Position numbers and translations under genes: made by a program
Part shown: positions 22,955 through 36,553 of the stretch, piece after piece
Numbering within the stretch: position 1 is the stretch's first letter
Layout of the letters: each line of letters begins with the position of its first letter
Source: Octopus sinensis
Taxonomy: Eukaryota
Assembly (NCBI RefSeq): GCF_006345805.1
Contig: NC_043002.1
Location: forward strand, 20,832,001-20,896,000
DNA length: 64,000 nt
Reading direction: 5' to 3'
Notes under the pieces: model-generated
Databases searched by the model: none
What the model was told of the DNA's origin: nothing
What the model saw: the letters and a program-made list of their open reading frames with translations, nothing else

Positions 22955-23139
22955 GTAGGTGTAGGAGTGGCTGTGTGGTAAGTAGCTTGCTTACGAACCA
23001 CATGGTTCTGGGTTCAGTCCCGCTGCGTGGCACCTTGGGCAAGTGTCTTCTAATACAGCCTCGGACCGACCGAAGCCTTGTGAGTAGATTTGGTAGACGG
23101 AAACTGAAAGAAGCCCGTCGTATATATGTATGTATATAT

Positions 23140-23150
<11 letters not shown>
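22955..23150 (+). mobile_element. SINE family A, 5' half ending in microsatellite
   Basis: taggagtggctgtgtggtaagtagc...gaaagaagcccgtcgtatatatg. Confidence 0.9.
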
Positions 23151-23203
<53 letters not shown>

Positions 23204-23712
23204 TATATATATATATATATACACACGTACATACCTACATACATACACACATATATCTACTATACACCATTTTAAACTCGTGATTACCTGTGTACGTTTG
23301 TAAATATGTGTATGTGTGTGGTGTGTGTGTGTGTGTGTGTGTGCGTGTGTCACGTCCTATAACTGTCTGTCTCTCTACTTTTGTAGGTTCTTCCCTGTTG
23401 CTGTCACATATTGTGAGATTTTAAAATTACGTCAAAATTTTCAAATTTGGTATATTGAAATAATTTTCCACGTTAAATCCGATTTTGCTATTTATTTGTT
23501 CCTAACATCCAGCTGAAATATAGGCAAATTGGATTTCAATAAAAATCTATAATGGTCTCCCTAGGGAGAGAGCGCTGTAGCGCATGTTTACAAATCAGCT
23601 ACGATAAGCTACGACACGTGACAACGCCAGTTACAATACGCGGACTATTCGTCAATGTATTTGTAAATCTATTTATTTAGCTAAGTTATTTTACTCAGAT
23701 GCATATTCGTTT

Positions 23713-24060
23713 ACTCTTTTTACTGTTTTACTTGTTTCAGTCATTTGACTGTGGCCATGCTGGAGCACCGCCTTTAGTCGAGCAAATCAACCCCAGGACT
23801 TATTCTTTGTAAGCCTAGTACTTATTCTATTGGTCTCTTTTGCCGAACCGCTAGATTACGGGGACGTAAATACACCAGTATATATATATATATATACGAC
23901 GGACTTCTTTCAGTTTCCGTCTACCAAATCCACTCACAAGGCTTTGGTCGGCCCGAGGCTATAGTAGAAGACACTTACGCAAGGTGCCAGATAGTGGGTC
24001 TTAACCCCGAACCATGTGGTTGGTAAGCAAGCTACTTACCACACAGCCACTCCTACGCCT
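23713..24060 (-). mobile_element. SINE family A with internal deletion
   Basis: Head, tail and central (TA)n all present. Confidence 0.9.
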
Positions 24061-24380
24061 AAAATAATATAGGGACATTCCTTATTCACCCAGTAATCGT
24101 ATTAATAGTTTGTAATACCTATTTTTAGCAATAAACTATTACCATGGAATTTAATAAAATACTTAATGGCTTAATTACACCCAACTGATTTAAAAATTTA
24201 TATATTGACATAGGATTGGGGACAGGAATGGGAGCGGAACTAAAACATGAACTGAACAAGGAACGGGATATGACATGAAACAGTATAATGGGTATGGGAA
24301 CTGGAAATAACCCATGCTTTTCCGGGTATTACCGAGTAATTCAGTTAGTATGTATGTATGTATGTATGTATGTATGTATG

Positions 24381-24413
<33 letters not shown>

Positions 24414-24519
24414 TATATAATATTTTACATGTAGAAATAATGAAACTCATTTGAATTAGGTACTTAAGTTGAAGCACACAGTCAGTCCGGTATTATTCGC
24501 ACAGCTCGAAATAAGGTGA

Positions 24520-24675
24520 ATAAAATCAAAATAAACAACAGGATATCAAGTAGTGATGCAGTACGACCGTTTCAAGCGGCTTCGTTTAATTGAACAATGT
24601 AATCATTACATCAATTTAAATGCAGTGCCATCTTCAGCATCACTACTTGATATCCTGTTGCTTATTTTGATTTAT
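24520..24675 (-). other. Foldback with a 24-bp perfect (~40-bp imperfect) stem enclosing hammerhead-like core motifs
   Basis: CAACAGGATATCAAGTAGTGATGC (24536-24559) pairs with GCATCACTACTTGATATCCTGTTG (24637-24660). The minus strand interior reads CTGAAGA-t-GGC...GCC-gctt-GAAAC-ggtc-GTA. Confidence 0.7.
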
Positions 24676-24676
24676 G

Positions 24677-24722
<46 letters not shown>

Positions 24723-24869
24723 GTTTGCTTTTCCGTGAAGGTAAGATAGACAAAAATAATACTCCGTCCGATGAAAGTTTAACATTGTTTAATGTACACT
24801 GCACATAGTTATGATTTAACAGTTTCATGCATTATATAGATATATCTTTATATATATATATATATATTT

Positions 24870-25126
24870 CTTTACTACCCACAAGGGGCTAAACATAGAG
24901 GGGACAAACAAAGACAGACAAAGGGATTAAGTCGTTTACATCGACCCCAGTGCGAAACTGGTGCTTAATTTATCGACCCCGAAAGGATGAAAGGCAAAGT
25001 CGACCTCGGCGGAATTTGAACTCAGAATGTAACGACAGACGAAATACGGCTACGCATTTCGCCCGGCGTGCTAACGTTTCTGCCAGCTCGCCGCCCCTAT
25101 ATATATATATATGTATGTGTGTGTGA

Positions 25127-25163
<37 letters not shown>

Positions 25164-25320
25164 GACACTTGGCCCAGTGGTTAGAGCCTTTCATCCTTTC
25201 GGGGTCGATTAAATAAGTACCAGTTACGCACTGAGGTCGATATAATCGACTTAATCCGTTTGTCTGTCCTTGTTTGTCTCCTCTGTGTTTAGCCCCTTGT
25301 GGGCAATAAAGAAATAAGAA
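24870..25320. mobile_element. Two SINE family B copies in divergent orientation (24870-25095 minus; 25190-25320 plus)
   Basis: Family motifs on both strands around a (TG)n tract. Confidence 0.88.
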
Positions 25321-25764
25321 ACGGCAGAGAGGCAATATGGTTCGAACTCATGATACCAAATGTCACCATGCAGTGACAAAAGATTGGAATATACTACCAG
25401 TTGAAAGGCAAATGTGACCGAAACATCTCTGAGAAAGAACGAGGCATTTTAAAGCCATTCTATTAATGTGTATTAAATAATATACTAACATTACTAACAC
25501 ATTGATTGTTCTGCAGGGCATGGCTTCTTAAATATATGTATGTATGTTTATCAGTGTGTGCTTTTGTGTATGTTTGAGTGCTATGGATTTGTGTGTGTGT
25601 TCTCATTTGGATATATAATGTGGAGGAGAAAGAGAAAGACAGAGAGGTTAAACAAAGGAAACCACTGAAAGTCAAAAGGCAAACAGGAACACACAGTGAT
25701 GCAGACATGCAGTTAGACTGACTCAGACAGACAAACTGAAGACGATGATTGGAAGTAAGATATG

Positions 25765-25796
25765 TACACACACACACACACACACGCACACACACT

Positions 25797-25838
<42 letters not shown>

Positions 25839-25957
25839 AACAAAAAATGCGCTCTCTTCCACAAACACACACAAACACATACACACACATACACACACAC
25901 ACACACAAACAAAAAAATGCGCTCCCATACACACATATCCATGCACACTCTCTTCCA

Positions 25958-25993
<36 letters not shown>

Positions 25994-26003
25994 ACACAAA
26001 CAA

Positions 26004-26056
<53 letters not shown>

Positions 26057-26120
26057 CGCACAAACAAACAAAAAATGAGCTCTCATACCCACACATCCAT
26101 GCACACTCACACAAACACAT
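25765..26120. repeat. (CA)n-rich tract with higher-order repeat caaacaaaaaatgcgctc
   Basis: Three copies of aaacaaaaaatg(c/a)gctc embedded in (CA)n. Confidence 0.85.
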
Positions 26121-26369
26121 ATATACGCATGTATAAATATACAGAGATAAATATATAGGTATGCAGAAATATATATATATGTTTAATTGTATTATTATAG
26201 GTATGTGTACTCTTTTTTATATGCTTCAGCCCTAAGGTTGTGGCCATGCTGGGGCACCACCAGTAGTTATATATTCGTAAAAATATTAATACGCACATAT
26301 ATACGCAAACATAAGTGTGTGTGTATCTAGTGTATCTACACACATATGGACACACACGCACACACACAC

Positions 26370-26376
26370 ATGTATG

Positions 26377-26410
<34 letters not shown>

Positions 26411-28055
26411 TGTATGTATTGTATGTATGTAGTATGTATGTAGGTATTATGTATGTATGTATGTATGTATGTATGTATGCATGTATGTATGTATGTATGT
26501 ATGTATGCATGTATGTGTAGGTATGTATGTATGTATGTATGTATGATGTATGTATGTATGTATGCATGTGGTATGCATGTATGTATGTATGTATGTATGT
26601 ATGTATGTATAATGTATGCCATGTATGTATGTATGTATGTATGTATGTATGTATGTATGCATGTATGCATGTATGTATTATGTATGCATGTTGTAGGCAG
26701 TATGTATGCATGATGTATGCATGTATGTATGGATGTATGATGTAGTATGTATGTATGATGTATGTATGTATGTATGTATGTATGTATGTTATGTATGCAT
26801 GTATGTATGCATGTATGTATGTATGTATGTATGTATGTATGCATGTATGTATGCATGTATGTATGATGTATGTATGTATGCATGTATGTATGCATGTATG
26901 TATGCATTTATGTATGCATGTATGTATGTATGTATGTATGTATGCATGTATGTATGTATGTATGCATGTATGTATGTATGCATGTATGTATGATGTATGT
27001 ATGTATGTATGCATGTTTGTATGCATGTATGTAGTATGTATGTATGTATGTTATTATGTATGTATGTATGTATGATGTATGTATGATGTATGTATGCTGT
27101 ATGTAGTATGCATGTATGCATGATGTATGCATGTATGTATGCATGTATGATATGTATGCATGTATGTATGTATGCATGTATGTATGTATGTATGTATGTA
27201 TGTATGCATGTATGTTGCATGTATGTATGTATGTATGTATGTATGTATGTATGTATTATGTATGCATGTATGTATGCATGTATGTATGTATGTATGTATG
27301 TATGCATGTATGTATGTTATGCATGTATGTATGTATGCATGGTCTATGGATGTATGTATGTATGTATGTATGCATGGAGTATGCATGTATGTATGATGTA
27401 TGTATGTATGTATGGTATGTATGTATGTATGTATGCATGTATGTATGCATGTATGTATGCATGTATGTATGTATGCATGTATGCATGTATGTATGCATGT
27501 ATGTATGCATGTATGTATGTATGCATGTATGTATGTATGCATGTATGTATGTATGTATGTATGTATGCATGTATGTATGTATGCATGTATGTATATGGTA
27601 TGTATGTAGTATGTATGTATGTATGTATGCATGTATGTATGCTGTATGTATGCATGTATGTATGTATGCATGTATGTATGTATGCATGTTATGTATGTAT
27701 GATGTATGTATGTAGCATGTATGTATGCATGTATGTAGTATGATGTATGTATGCATGTATGTATGCATGTATGTATGTATGTATGTATGATGTATGCATG
27801 TATGTATGCATGTATGTATGTATGTATGTATGTATGCATGTATGTATGCATGTATGTATGCATGTATGTATATGATGTATGTAGTATGTATGTATGATGT
27901 ATGATGTATGTATGTATGTATGGTATGTATGTTATGCATGTGTATGCATGTATGTATTGTATGGATGTATGTATGCATGTTATGTATTGCATGTAGTATG
28001 TATGTGTATGTATGTATGTAAATGTATGTATGTATGCATGTATGATGTATGCAAG

Positions 28056-28087
<32 letters not shown>

Positions 28088-28750
28088 TGTATGTATGCAG
28101 TATGTATGTATGTATGGTATGTATGTATGTATGTTCTGTATGTATGTATGTATGTATGTATGTATTTGTATGTATGCATGCTGTATGTATGCATTTGATA
28201 TGTATGTATGTATGTATGTATGTATGATGTATGTATATGTATGTATGCATGTATGTATGTATGTATGTATGTATGTATGCATGTATGTATGCATGTATGT
28301 TGTATGTATGTATGTATGTATGCATGTATGTATGCATGTATGTATGTATGTATGTATGTATGATGTATGTATGTATGTATGTATGCATGTATGTATGCAT
28401 GTATGTATGCATGTATGTATTATGCATGTATGTATGTATGTATGTATGTATGTATGTATGCATGTATGTATGCATGTATGTATGTATGTATGTATGTAGC
28501 ATTGGAGCATGTATGTATGTATGTATGGTATGTATGTATGTATGTAGTATGTATGCATGTATGTACGAATGATGTATGTATGTATGTATGTATGCATGTA
28601 TGTATGAATGTATGTATGCATGTATGATGTATGTATGCATGTATGTATGTATGTATGTATGTATGTATGTTGTATGTATGTATGCATGTATGTATGCATG
28701 TATGTATGTATGTATGTATGTATGTATGTATGTATGTATGTATGTACATT
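26370..28750. repeat. ~2.4-kb compound (TATG)n/(CATG) microsatellite
   Basis: Direct reading; source of the 592-aa and other MHTY/MYVC ORFs. Confidence 0.98.
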
Positions 28751-29642
28751 TGTGTACATATTTGTAAGAGTGTGTGTGTACGTATAAGAGATAACTATTT
28801 TGGCAAGAGGAAGAGGAAGACTTGTTTGGCAATCTGAGCTGGCTGCATTGAAGACATTTTCTGACTTCTGATAGCCGGAAGCTGACAGGAAATGAACAAT
28901 TGTATACGTTGAATCATGGGATACCATGATACGTCTTTTGTAAACTGCTAGACTGATTGGACTTCCGATTGTTGATGAGAGATTTAGGAATTAGACTGAA
29001 GCAAAACGCAAGTAAGATGTAGTCAGAATGACGTAGAAACTTTTCATACAATCACGAGTATAATGGTGTGTGTAGGTGTATGGCGAGTGTGAGTGAGGAA
29101 CGGATAGATGGACGGAGATTAGGAGAAGAGACGGTGGAAGAAAAACAGAGAGCGTCAATGATAAGAACAGTAAATCTGAGTGAATGAATATATGTGCGCT
29201 GGCTCTTGTGTGTGTGTGTATTAATTATATATATAGTTAACAGATGAAATCCAGAGATTCTCAATATTGAAAAAAAAAACTAGTAGCACTCAAATGATAC
29301 AGACTTAAACTTCGATGTCTTTACAGCGAATAAATTCCACAGGATAAAGAATGGCTAAAAGAGGGATCAAGGTGAGCAGATATGGAGGAAATTATGCAGA
29401 TAAACAAATTTGAGATATATTTATCTATTTTTTTCCGCATAATTGCCTTTAAATTTATATTATACATATTACACACATTTATATATATAATATATATATT
29501 ACCATATACATGATATATATATTATTTATATATACTTATACCTTATATATATATGTATGTAGTATGGGTGGGTGGTGGATATATAGTGTTTGTGTGTGGT
29601 GTCTGGCATATATATGTATATATACATATATATATATATACC

Positions 29643-29675
<33 letters not shown>

Positions 29676-30173
29676 ATATATTATATTATTAATATATATA
29701 TTATATATATATATATATATATAATATATATTATATATATATATATATAGTATATATAAAATACAAAATGGGACAAGAACACAAAACATCCGGGACAGCT
29801 AGGTGATAAAAAAATGGGACACAAAAAACATCAGATAGACGATACGAAGAAAAAAGACGGGTCATTCGAAGTTTTCTTTCCTCAGTCAAGCACCAGATTA
29901 TCCTCGCAATTTCGACTGATTAGAGTATTGACTGTCGGAAGAAAGATTACTCGATACAGAAGTAGACATTAATAACAATTTTATATTGATCGAGTCGGTC
30001 CCTCGTTATTTTGAGTTTCACCTATGGTTGCGCAGGGTTTTCAGGCAACTTTTAACTTGTCTGAAATCCTGTGTCCCCACAGAAAATAACTCAGAGTAGC
30101 ATGACAGTGACTGGATAAAGTAAAAATTTTATCTATCTATCTATTCCTATCTATCATCTATCTATCTATCTAT

Positions 30174-30206
<33 letters not shown>

Positions 30207-30316
30207 AATCTGTATGTCTGTCTGTCTGTCTGTGTCTGTTGTTCATGGTCTGTCTGTCTATCTATCATCTATATCTTCTATCTATCATCATCTATCTATC
30301 TATCGATCTATCTTCT

Positions 30317-30349
<33 letters not shown>

Positions 30350-30784
30350 AATCTATAATCCAAGACAATTACAAAGATTGTAGAGACTGGTGCACCTTCC
30401 AATTTTTCTTAGATATAATAGCATAATTGGTTTAAATGACCAACATGTGCTTCTGTTGCACAGGGACTGTGCAGTTGCATATGCAACCCACAATATTCTG
30501 CTATGCACCTTTAATCAGTGTCTTTCCAGGAGCGTGGTCCGGAACGAACTGAATTTATTTATGCGTGGATAGCTTATTTATTTATCTATTCATTTTTTTA
30601 CTGTGGTTTTAAAATACAAAAAGAAAGTGAAGGAGAAATGCTAGAGCTACAACATTCAAGATTTTTACTTCATATCTAGATAGAAAGTAAATTCTGTAGC
30701 CATATCAAGCTTCAGTATCTCCTCTTCACTGTCTCATTGTATCTAAAATTATAAAGAAATAAGTTAACCACGCATACATATATT

Positions 30785-30960
30785 CAGTTGACAGGCGCAT
30801 TCCTATCTGGCCAAGCTATCATCAATTTCTTCAGATATCATTTGAAGAGGAAAGTGAGGGTAGAGAAGGAGGTGCTGCCTTCTAGTGGGTTTATCAAAAG
30901 GTGCACGCGTGTGGCAAGACTGCAGGAGGAAAGAAACTGGAAGCTGGCACTTTCCATGTC
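30785..30960 (+). mobile_element. L1/Tx1-type LINE, 3' ORF2 fragment
   Basis: FLSGQAIINFFRYHLKRKVRVEKEVLPS matches the 33540-33620 segment of the longer copy. Confidence 0.65.
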
Positions 30961-31065
30961 TTGGGGATAGCAGAGTAATCCAGATCTTTTGCATGGGGTT
31001 TACCCCCAGCCCTACCCCGAATTACTCTCATTGGACTGTCCTGCTATTGGAGATTCTGTTTGTTT

Positions 31066-31250
31066 ATTACCCTGCACGCGTAAGCGAAAGCAGTGTATTG
31101 TAATCATTGGTCTTTGTCTGTTTATCTGTATGTTTGCAAAATTACCGGAAAACGGCTGAACGGATTCTCATCACATTTGGCAGAAACACTCATTGGGTGA
31201 GTGGCTCGAAATGATGAACATTTGGTTTGATTATCTTAAAAAATAAAAAA
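31066..31250 (+). mobile_element. Helentron-associated (HINE/DINE-1-like) non-autonomous element
   Basis: ttattaccctgc-acgcgtaagcgaaa-gcagtgtattg subterminal inverted repeat, then tctgtttatctgt microsatellite and aaaacggctgaacggattctcatcacatttggc. Confidence 0.55.
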
Positions 31251-31645
31251 ATTTTTTTAATCGAACTTACACGTTTCCCGATAAGCAAGTGGGCATATCT
31301 TGTTCACTTTCTTTTTCATATGAATCGACCCTCGTCTGCGGGTGTATAGATCATGGTGTACCTATGCGTATACACAAATGTGGGTGCATACATGCATGCA
31401 TAAATACATACATAGATATGCGACTCTGTATGTGTGTGCGAAGTGATGGATTCGGGGGTATCGTTTATTTACGATCTGATTCTTATTTTCACCTATAATG
31501 GTGATACTTAAAAACAATTTTGAAAAAAAAAATCGTACCTACACATTTCTCGATAAGCAAGTGATCATATTATTTTTCTCACTTTCTTTTTTTATATGAA
31601 TCGACTCTCGTCTACGTGTGGGTGTTTATCTATGCTTGTGTGAGT
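31250..31645 (+). repeat. Diverged ~275-bp-period tandem duplication
   Basis: aatcg.ac.tacac.ttt.c.cgataagcaagtg..catat...cactttcttt..atatgaatcgac.ctcgtct occurs at ~31259 and ~31531. Confidence 0.75.
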
Positions 31646-32400
31646 TTTTATGTATGAGTATGTCCGAGTATATGTGTGATTAAATTGTATATTATATGTA
31701 GATGATTTTGTTTATATATACGCATATATGTGTGCGTATACGTATGTGTGTGTACCTTTAGGTATATAACATTAAAATCACCTACATTATATATCTAATT
31801 TAAATACGCACATACAAATACACACACACATGCATAACACTGAAACACATACGCACGCACACACACAAACACACACACACAAACACACACACACAAACAC
31901 ACACACACAAACACACACACACACACTTAAAAATGTTTACGTTTTAGACCGATAATGGTGTTTTAAGTGTACCGGGGAAAATTAATAAACGGAACGACAG
32001 AAAACATTTACAAGAAGAAGAGGAGGAGGAGAAAAAGGAAGAGTGATTGAAGCTGGATTGTGTGCTTAGTTGTAAAAGGGTATCAGTGAAGGGAGGAGGG
32101 CCTGATATGGCCGAATTCAAAAGATCAGACGTCAAGGGTTGTTTAGACTACAGTAAATATAGCATTAAAGAAAAGGGAAACTACCATATGTATGTTATGT
32201 ATGTATGTATGTATGTATGTATGTATGTATGTATGTATGTATGTATGTGTGTATGTGTGTATGTATGTACGGATGTATGTGTGTATGTATGCGTGTGTAT
32301 GTATGTATGTATGTATGTATTCAAGTATACCTGCATATTTATATATAGTATATATATATAATTTATATATATATATATATATATATAACTTACGTGTGTG

Positions 32401-32448
<48 letters not shown>

Positions 32449-33077
32449 GTATTATATATATATACACTTATGTGTGTGTATATGTATATTTATATGTACA
32501 TACATGTGTGTGTGTGCATATATAAGTATATACTTACATGAGTGTGTATATGTGTGTGTGTGTGGGTATATATAAAGCAAAACTATAGAAAAAATAACAC
32601 AACAAAAAATAAATGCGAGCACAATATTTAAGTTTAACTAAGGAAGCAAATTTGCTGACTTATCGCATCTTTTCCGGTTGTTTATAAACTAACGCTAAGT
32701 GTTGCTCATAGATAACATGACTGGCCAAAAACAAATAGTACCGCCTCACAAGATGAACGAGTGAATGAATGAATGACTGAATGAATGAATGAATGAATGA
32801 ATATACGAACAATATTTATAGAATGCTAAAATAGCATTAAATCTCGGACACGGTAAAATTGTTTAGTAATTGGGCATGACGAAAATAAGGAAATGATACT
32901 GTGGTAATATGAGTGAAAGTTCAGTGGCGGCGTTGTTTTTTGCGGTCATGAAATAAATGTTATTGAGCTTTTAAAATAAAACCAAGAAAAAAAAAAGAAA
33001 AGAAAATGTTAATGTAGCTGGCCGAACTGTATATCTGAAATCTGAGCAGTAATACAGTTATTATTATTATGGAGTTC

Positions 33078-33745
33078 TATAGGAGATTGTGGAGGGAAAG
33101 AGCGACAATGTCCTCGGGGAAACTATGGGCGTCGAGAGGGATCAATTAACTGGTCTTTTCCGGACGACTTTCGGGCAGGGGCCTATAGATAACTTCTAGA
33201 AATCCCTAGCCTGGCAGTGTTACTAGGGAGCTCTGCCGGTTCGAGAGAAGCTCTACAGACACGGAAGTAATGTTAGAGGGACCTGTCCGAGGTGTGCGCA
33301 GGGTGGCGAAACCTTCTTGTATGCACTCGTCCAGTATCTGTGCATTACTGACTTGTGGAGCTTTGTCGAACAGTTGTCATCGTGTGTAAGATGGATCCAG
33401 TTATCAACTAAGTCCATCGTGAGGATCGCCCCGCCGCCTTCCTTTGACCAGGAAGGAAAGGCAGTTTTCTTCTGTCTATAGGCTATGGCGAAGAAGGTTC
33501 TGTGGTGGACGAAATTGAAAGGCCTGAAGACATACTTTCTTCTTTGGCCAAGCCCCCATCAACTTTTTCAAGTTCCACTTGAAAAGGAAAGGGAGAATAG
33601 AGAAGGAAGTTCTTCCTCCAGTAAATTTATTGAAAGGTGGGTGCCTGCTGAGGTGCATCTGGTGGTCGAGATAACATGTGTAGGGTTCCTCGGTTGTCCC
33701 TGTGAGAAACTTTCCCCTTTGGGGAATTATTATCATTGTTTAATT
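33078..33745 (+). mobile_element. L1/Tx1-type LINE, 5'-truncated, zf-RVT C-terminal region with stop codons
   Basis: ...SLAWQCY*GALPVREKLYRHG..RGTCPRCAQGGETFLYALVQY..ITDLWSFVEQL...AMAKKVLWWTKLKGLK. Confidence 0.85.
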
Positions 33746-33889
33746 CTTTTGTTAATTGCTTTTGTTATTTATGGTATATACGGCATCGTTCACCACTCTA
33801 CTTGTTTTAACTGCTCTTCTGTTTTAACTGTTGTATTACTGCATCAAACCCGTTCTTCCGTATTTCTTCTCTAATTTTTCTCGGTCGGT

Positions 33890-34195
33890 CATCCCCGAAA
33901 GGATGAAAGGCAAAGTCAACCTCGGCGGAATTTGAACCCAGAACGTAGCGGCAGACGAAATACCTATTTCTTTACTACCCACAAGGGGCTAAACACGGAG
34001 AGGACAAACAAGGACAGACAAACGGATTAAGTCAATTACATCGACCCCAGTGCGTAACTGGAACTTAATTTATCGACTGCGAAAGAATAAAAGGCAAAGT
34101 CGACCTCGGCGGAATTTGAACTCAGAACGTAGTGGCAGACGAAATACGGCTAAGCATTTCGCCCGGCACGTTGATGCTTCTGCCAGCTCACTGCC
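33890..34195 (-). mobile_element. SINE family B, head plus partial tandem unit
   Basis: Junction gacgaaatacctatttctttactaccc at ~33955-33980. Confidence 0.9.
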
Positions 34196-34743
34196 TTTCT
34201 TTGTTTGTATTTGTATAATATTGTATGTATAAGTGTGCATGCTTGTATGTGCGTGTGTGTGCGTGTGCGCGCGAGCATGCGCCCGCGTGTTTACCGACGT
34301 GAAACTGCGCCGAAGTGTGTTTCTTTATATCAAAATTAAACTTGGTCATTCGATAAAGAGAGGTCGATAAAATAAGGAGCAAACGGAAACAAGTTTGATA
34401 TAACAAACTAAAACCCTCCATGAGTGAAGTGCTCCAGCATAGCCGCAGTCCGATAACTAAAACCAATAGAATAATCTACAGCTATTTTCTACTATATGTT
34501 TATTAGTATGTTTAGGCCGGTTCAATGACCAGTTGCTCTGGAGTTTCCTCAGCCTAGAGCTGTTTCTTCAGGTAGGTATTGAGTTGTCTGATGAACTGAT
34601 TAGCAGAATCTCTCAAGCAACAATCTAATAGATCGGGCTACATAAACGCTATGTTTGTATTAAGTACTTCTCTCGTTACCCACCAGCAATAATGTATCAA
34701 TGCACACATGTATCTATATATGCACGTATATACATATATGTGT

Positions 34744-34998
34744 GGAGGCGCGTGGTTTAGTGCTTAGGGTGTCAGCATCATGATCGTAAGATTGTGGTTT
34801 CGATTCCTGGACCGGGCGACGCGTTGTGCTCTTGAACAAAACACTTCATTTCCAGTTGCTCCAGTCCACTCAGCTGGCAAAAATGAGTAACGCTGCGATG
34901 GACTTGGCGTCCCGTCAAGCTAGGGACCACATAGGCCATTGAAACCGGGAAACCGGGCCCATGAGCTGGCTAGGCTTTAAAAGGGCGCATTTATTACT
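34744..34998 (+). mobile_element. SINE family D (tRNA-like head)
   Basis: ggaggcgcgtggtttagtgcttaggg...ggtttcgattcctggaccgggcg...aaaacacttcatttc; related copies at 56284 and 57502. Confidence 0.8.
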
Positions 34999-35763
34999 TT
35001 TTTTAATACATATATGTGTGTTGTCATAAACATGTATATATTTATAAAGAGGCACACTCGCACACATACGCATACACATACATGCATACACACACACATA
35101 TACGAACATACACACTCGCACGCGCATACACACACATACACGCAGATTCAAGAAGCATCCGCACACTTTCCGTCTACTAAATTTCACTTAGAAGGCGTTG
35201 GTTAATAACCATTCTCTTTGTAACTATATTGGTCAATGAAGCTGACCAATGCAATAATAAAGACAAGGGTGCTAGAGGCGGGGTGGGTGCGAAGAGGAAA
35301 AAGAATGTGAGTTCTTGGAAGGAAATAAAACTAGAAAGATTAAAGAAAATTTATTAATGAAACACTTGAGAAAGAATATGAATCACTCTCCTGGCTTTGA
35401 TAATCAGGTTAAAAGGTTAAGACAAAAGAAAATTTAATAGCAACAAAAGATCATTGCCATGACCACGAAATAATGCGAGAAAATTGTTTCAAATGATAAA
35501 TTTAAAAGAGGACAAAGACTGGTGTTGTTGTTGTTTAGCCCTAGGTCAAAGCTAATTGAGAAAACTTATGATCAAAAACGCATTTTAAGCATGGTTATCA
35601 CGTCTTCCTTTCGAAAATTGCTTATCGAAGATTTCATCAACCAGTTTGAACTTCGTATTTTTATGTCAGTAAGAAGCAATTTGTAGGCGATTAGGCTGTC
35701 ACTTTTACTACCGTAAAGAGGCTCTTTTGTTGACTATATACATGCATATATTATATATATATT

Positions 35764-35808
<45 letters not shown>

Positions 35809-35838
35809 GACGACATATACACGCACACATCTAAACGG

Positions 35839-35934
35839 GAATGTTATTGACTGTGATTTCGAAGTTTCGGCCAGCTAAGCAGTCTGACGATGGCTTTGAC
35901 AGCCGAAACTTTGAAATCACTACCAACGACATTC
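35839..35934. other. Short foldback enclosing a partial HHR motif (CTGACGA-t-GGCT-ttgac-AGCC-GAAAC)
   Basis: gaatgttattgactgtgatttcgaagtttcggc pairs with gccgaaactttgaaatcactaccaacgacattc. No cleavage triplet or stem I. Confidence 0.45.
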
Positions 35935-36055
35935 TTGCTTAAGAATGATAATTTTGTACTCTATAAAATTATAGAGTAAGCCATCAGATTAATGCAAAAT
36001 TGTTTTTATTATAACTGAACATGAAAACAAACATTAATACATACATACATACATA

Positions 36056-36475
36056 CTCTTTTACTCTTTTACTTGTTTCAGTCATTTGACTGCGGCCATG
36101 CTGGAGCACCGCCTTTAGTCGAGCAAATCGACCCCGGGACTTATTCTTTGTAAGCCCAGTACTTATTCTATCGGTCTCTTTTGCCGAACCGCTAAGTGAC
36201 GGGGACGTAAACACACCAGCATCGGTTGTCAAGCGATGCTGGGGGGACAAACACACACACAAACACACACATATACACACATATATATATATATATATAT
36301 ATACATATATACGACAGGCTTCTTTCAGTTTCCGTCTACCAAATCCACTCACAAGGCATTGGTCGGCCCGGGGCTATAGCAGAAGACACTTGCCCAAGTT
36401 GCCAAGCAGTGGGACTGAACCCGGGACCATGTGGTTGGTTAGCAAGCTACTTACCACACAGCCACTCCTGCGCCT
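36056..36475 (-). mobile_element. SINE family A, full length, low divergence
   Basis: Complete head-to-tail structure. Confidence 0.95.
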
Positions 36476-36487
36476 TCAAACATTCAA

Positions 36488-36553
<66 letters not shown>

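Noticed and set aside
26107-28927. Long ORFs up to 592 aa (MHTY/MYVC repeats)
   Set aside because: Translations of a stop-free (TATG)n microsatellite; no coding signal.
28790-29030. Unique sequence after the TATG tract as a possible exon
   Set aside because: All frames after plausible acceptors hit stop codons; no recognisable domain.
29855-29890. HHR-like CTGAGGA...CTTC-GAA-TGACCCGTC on the minus strand (also ~19860-19895)
   Set aside because: No GAAA, stem II register is wrong and there is no stem I; cannot be folded as a hammerhead.
34535-34610. Cluster of CTGANGA motifs on both strands
   Set aside because: No cleavage triplet or stem I for any of them.
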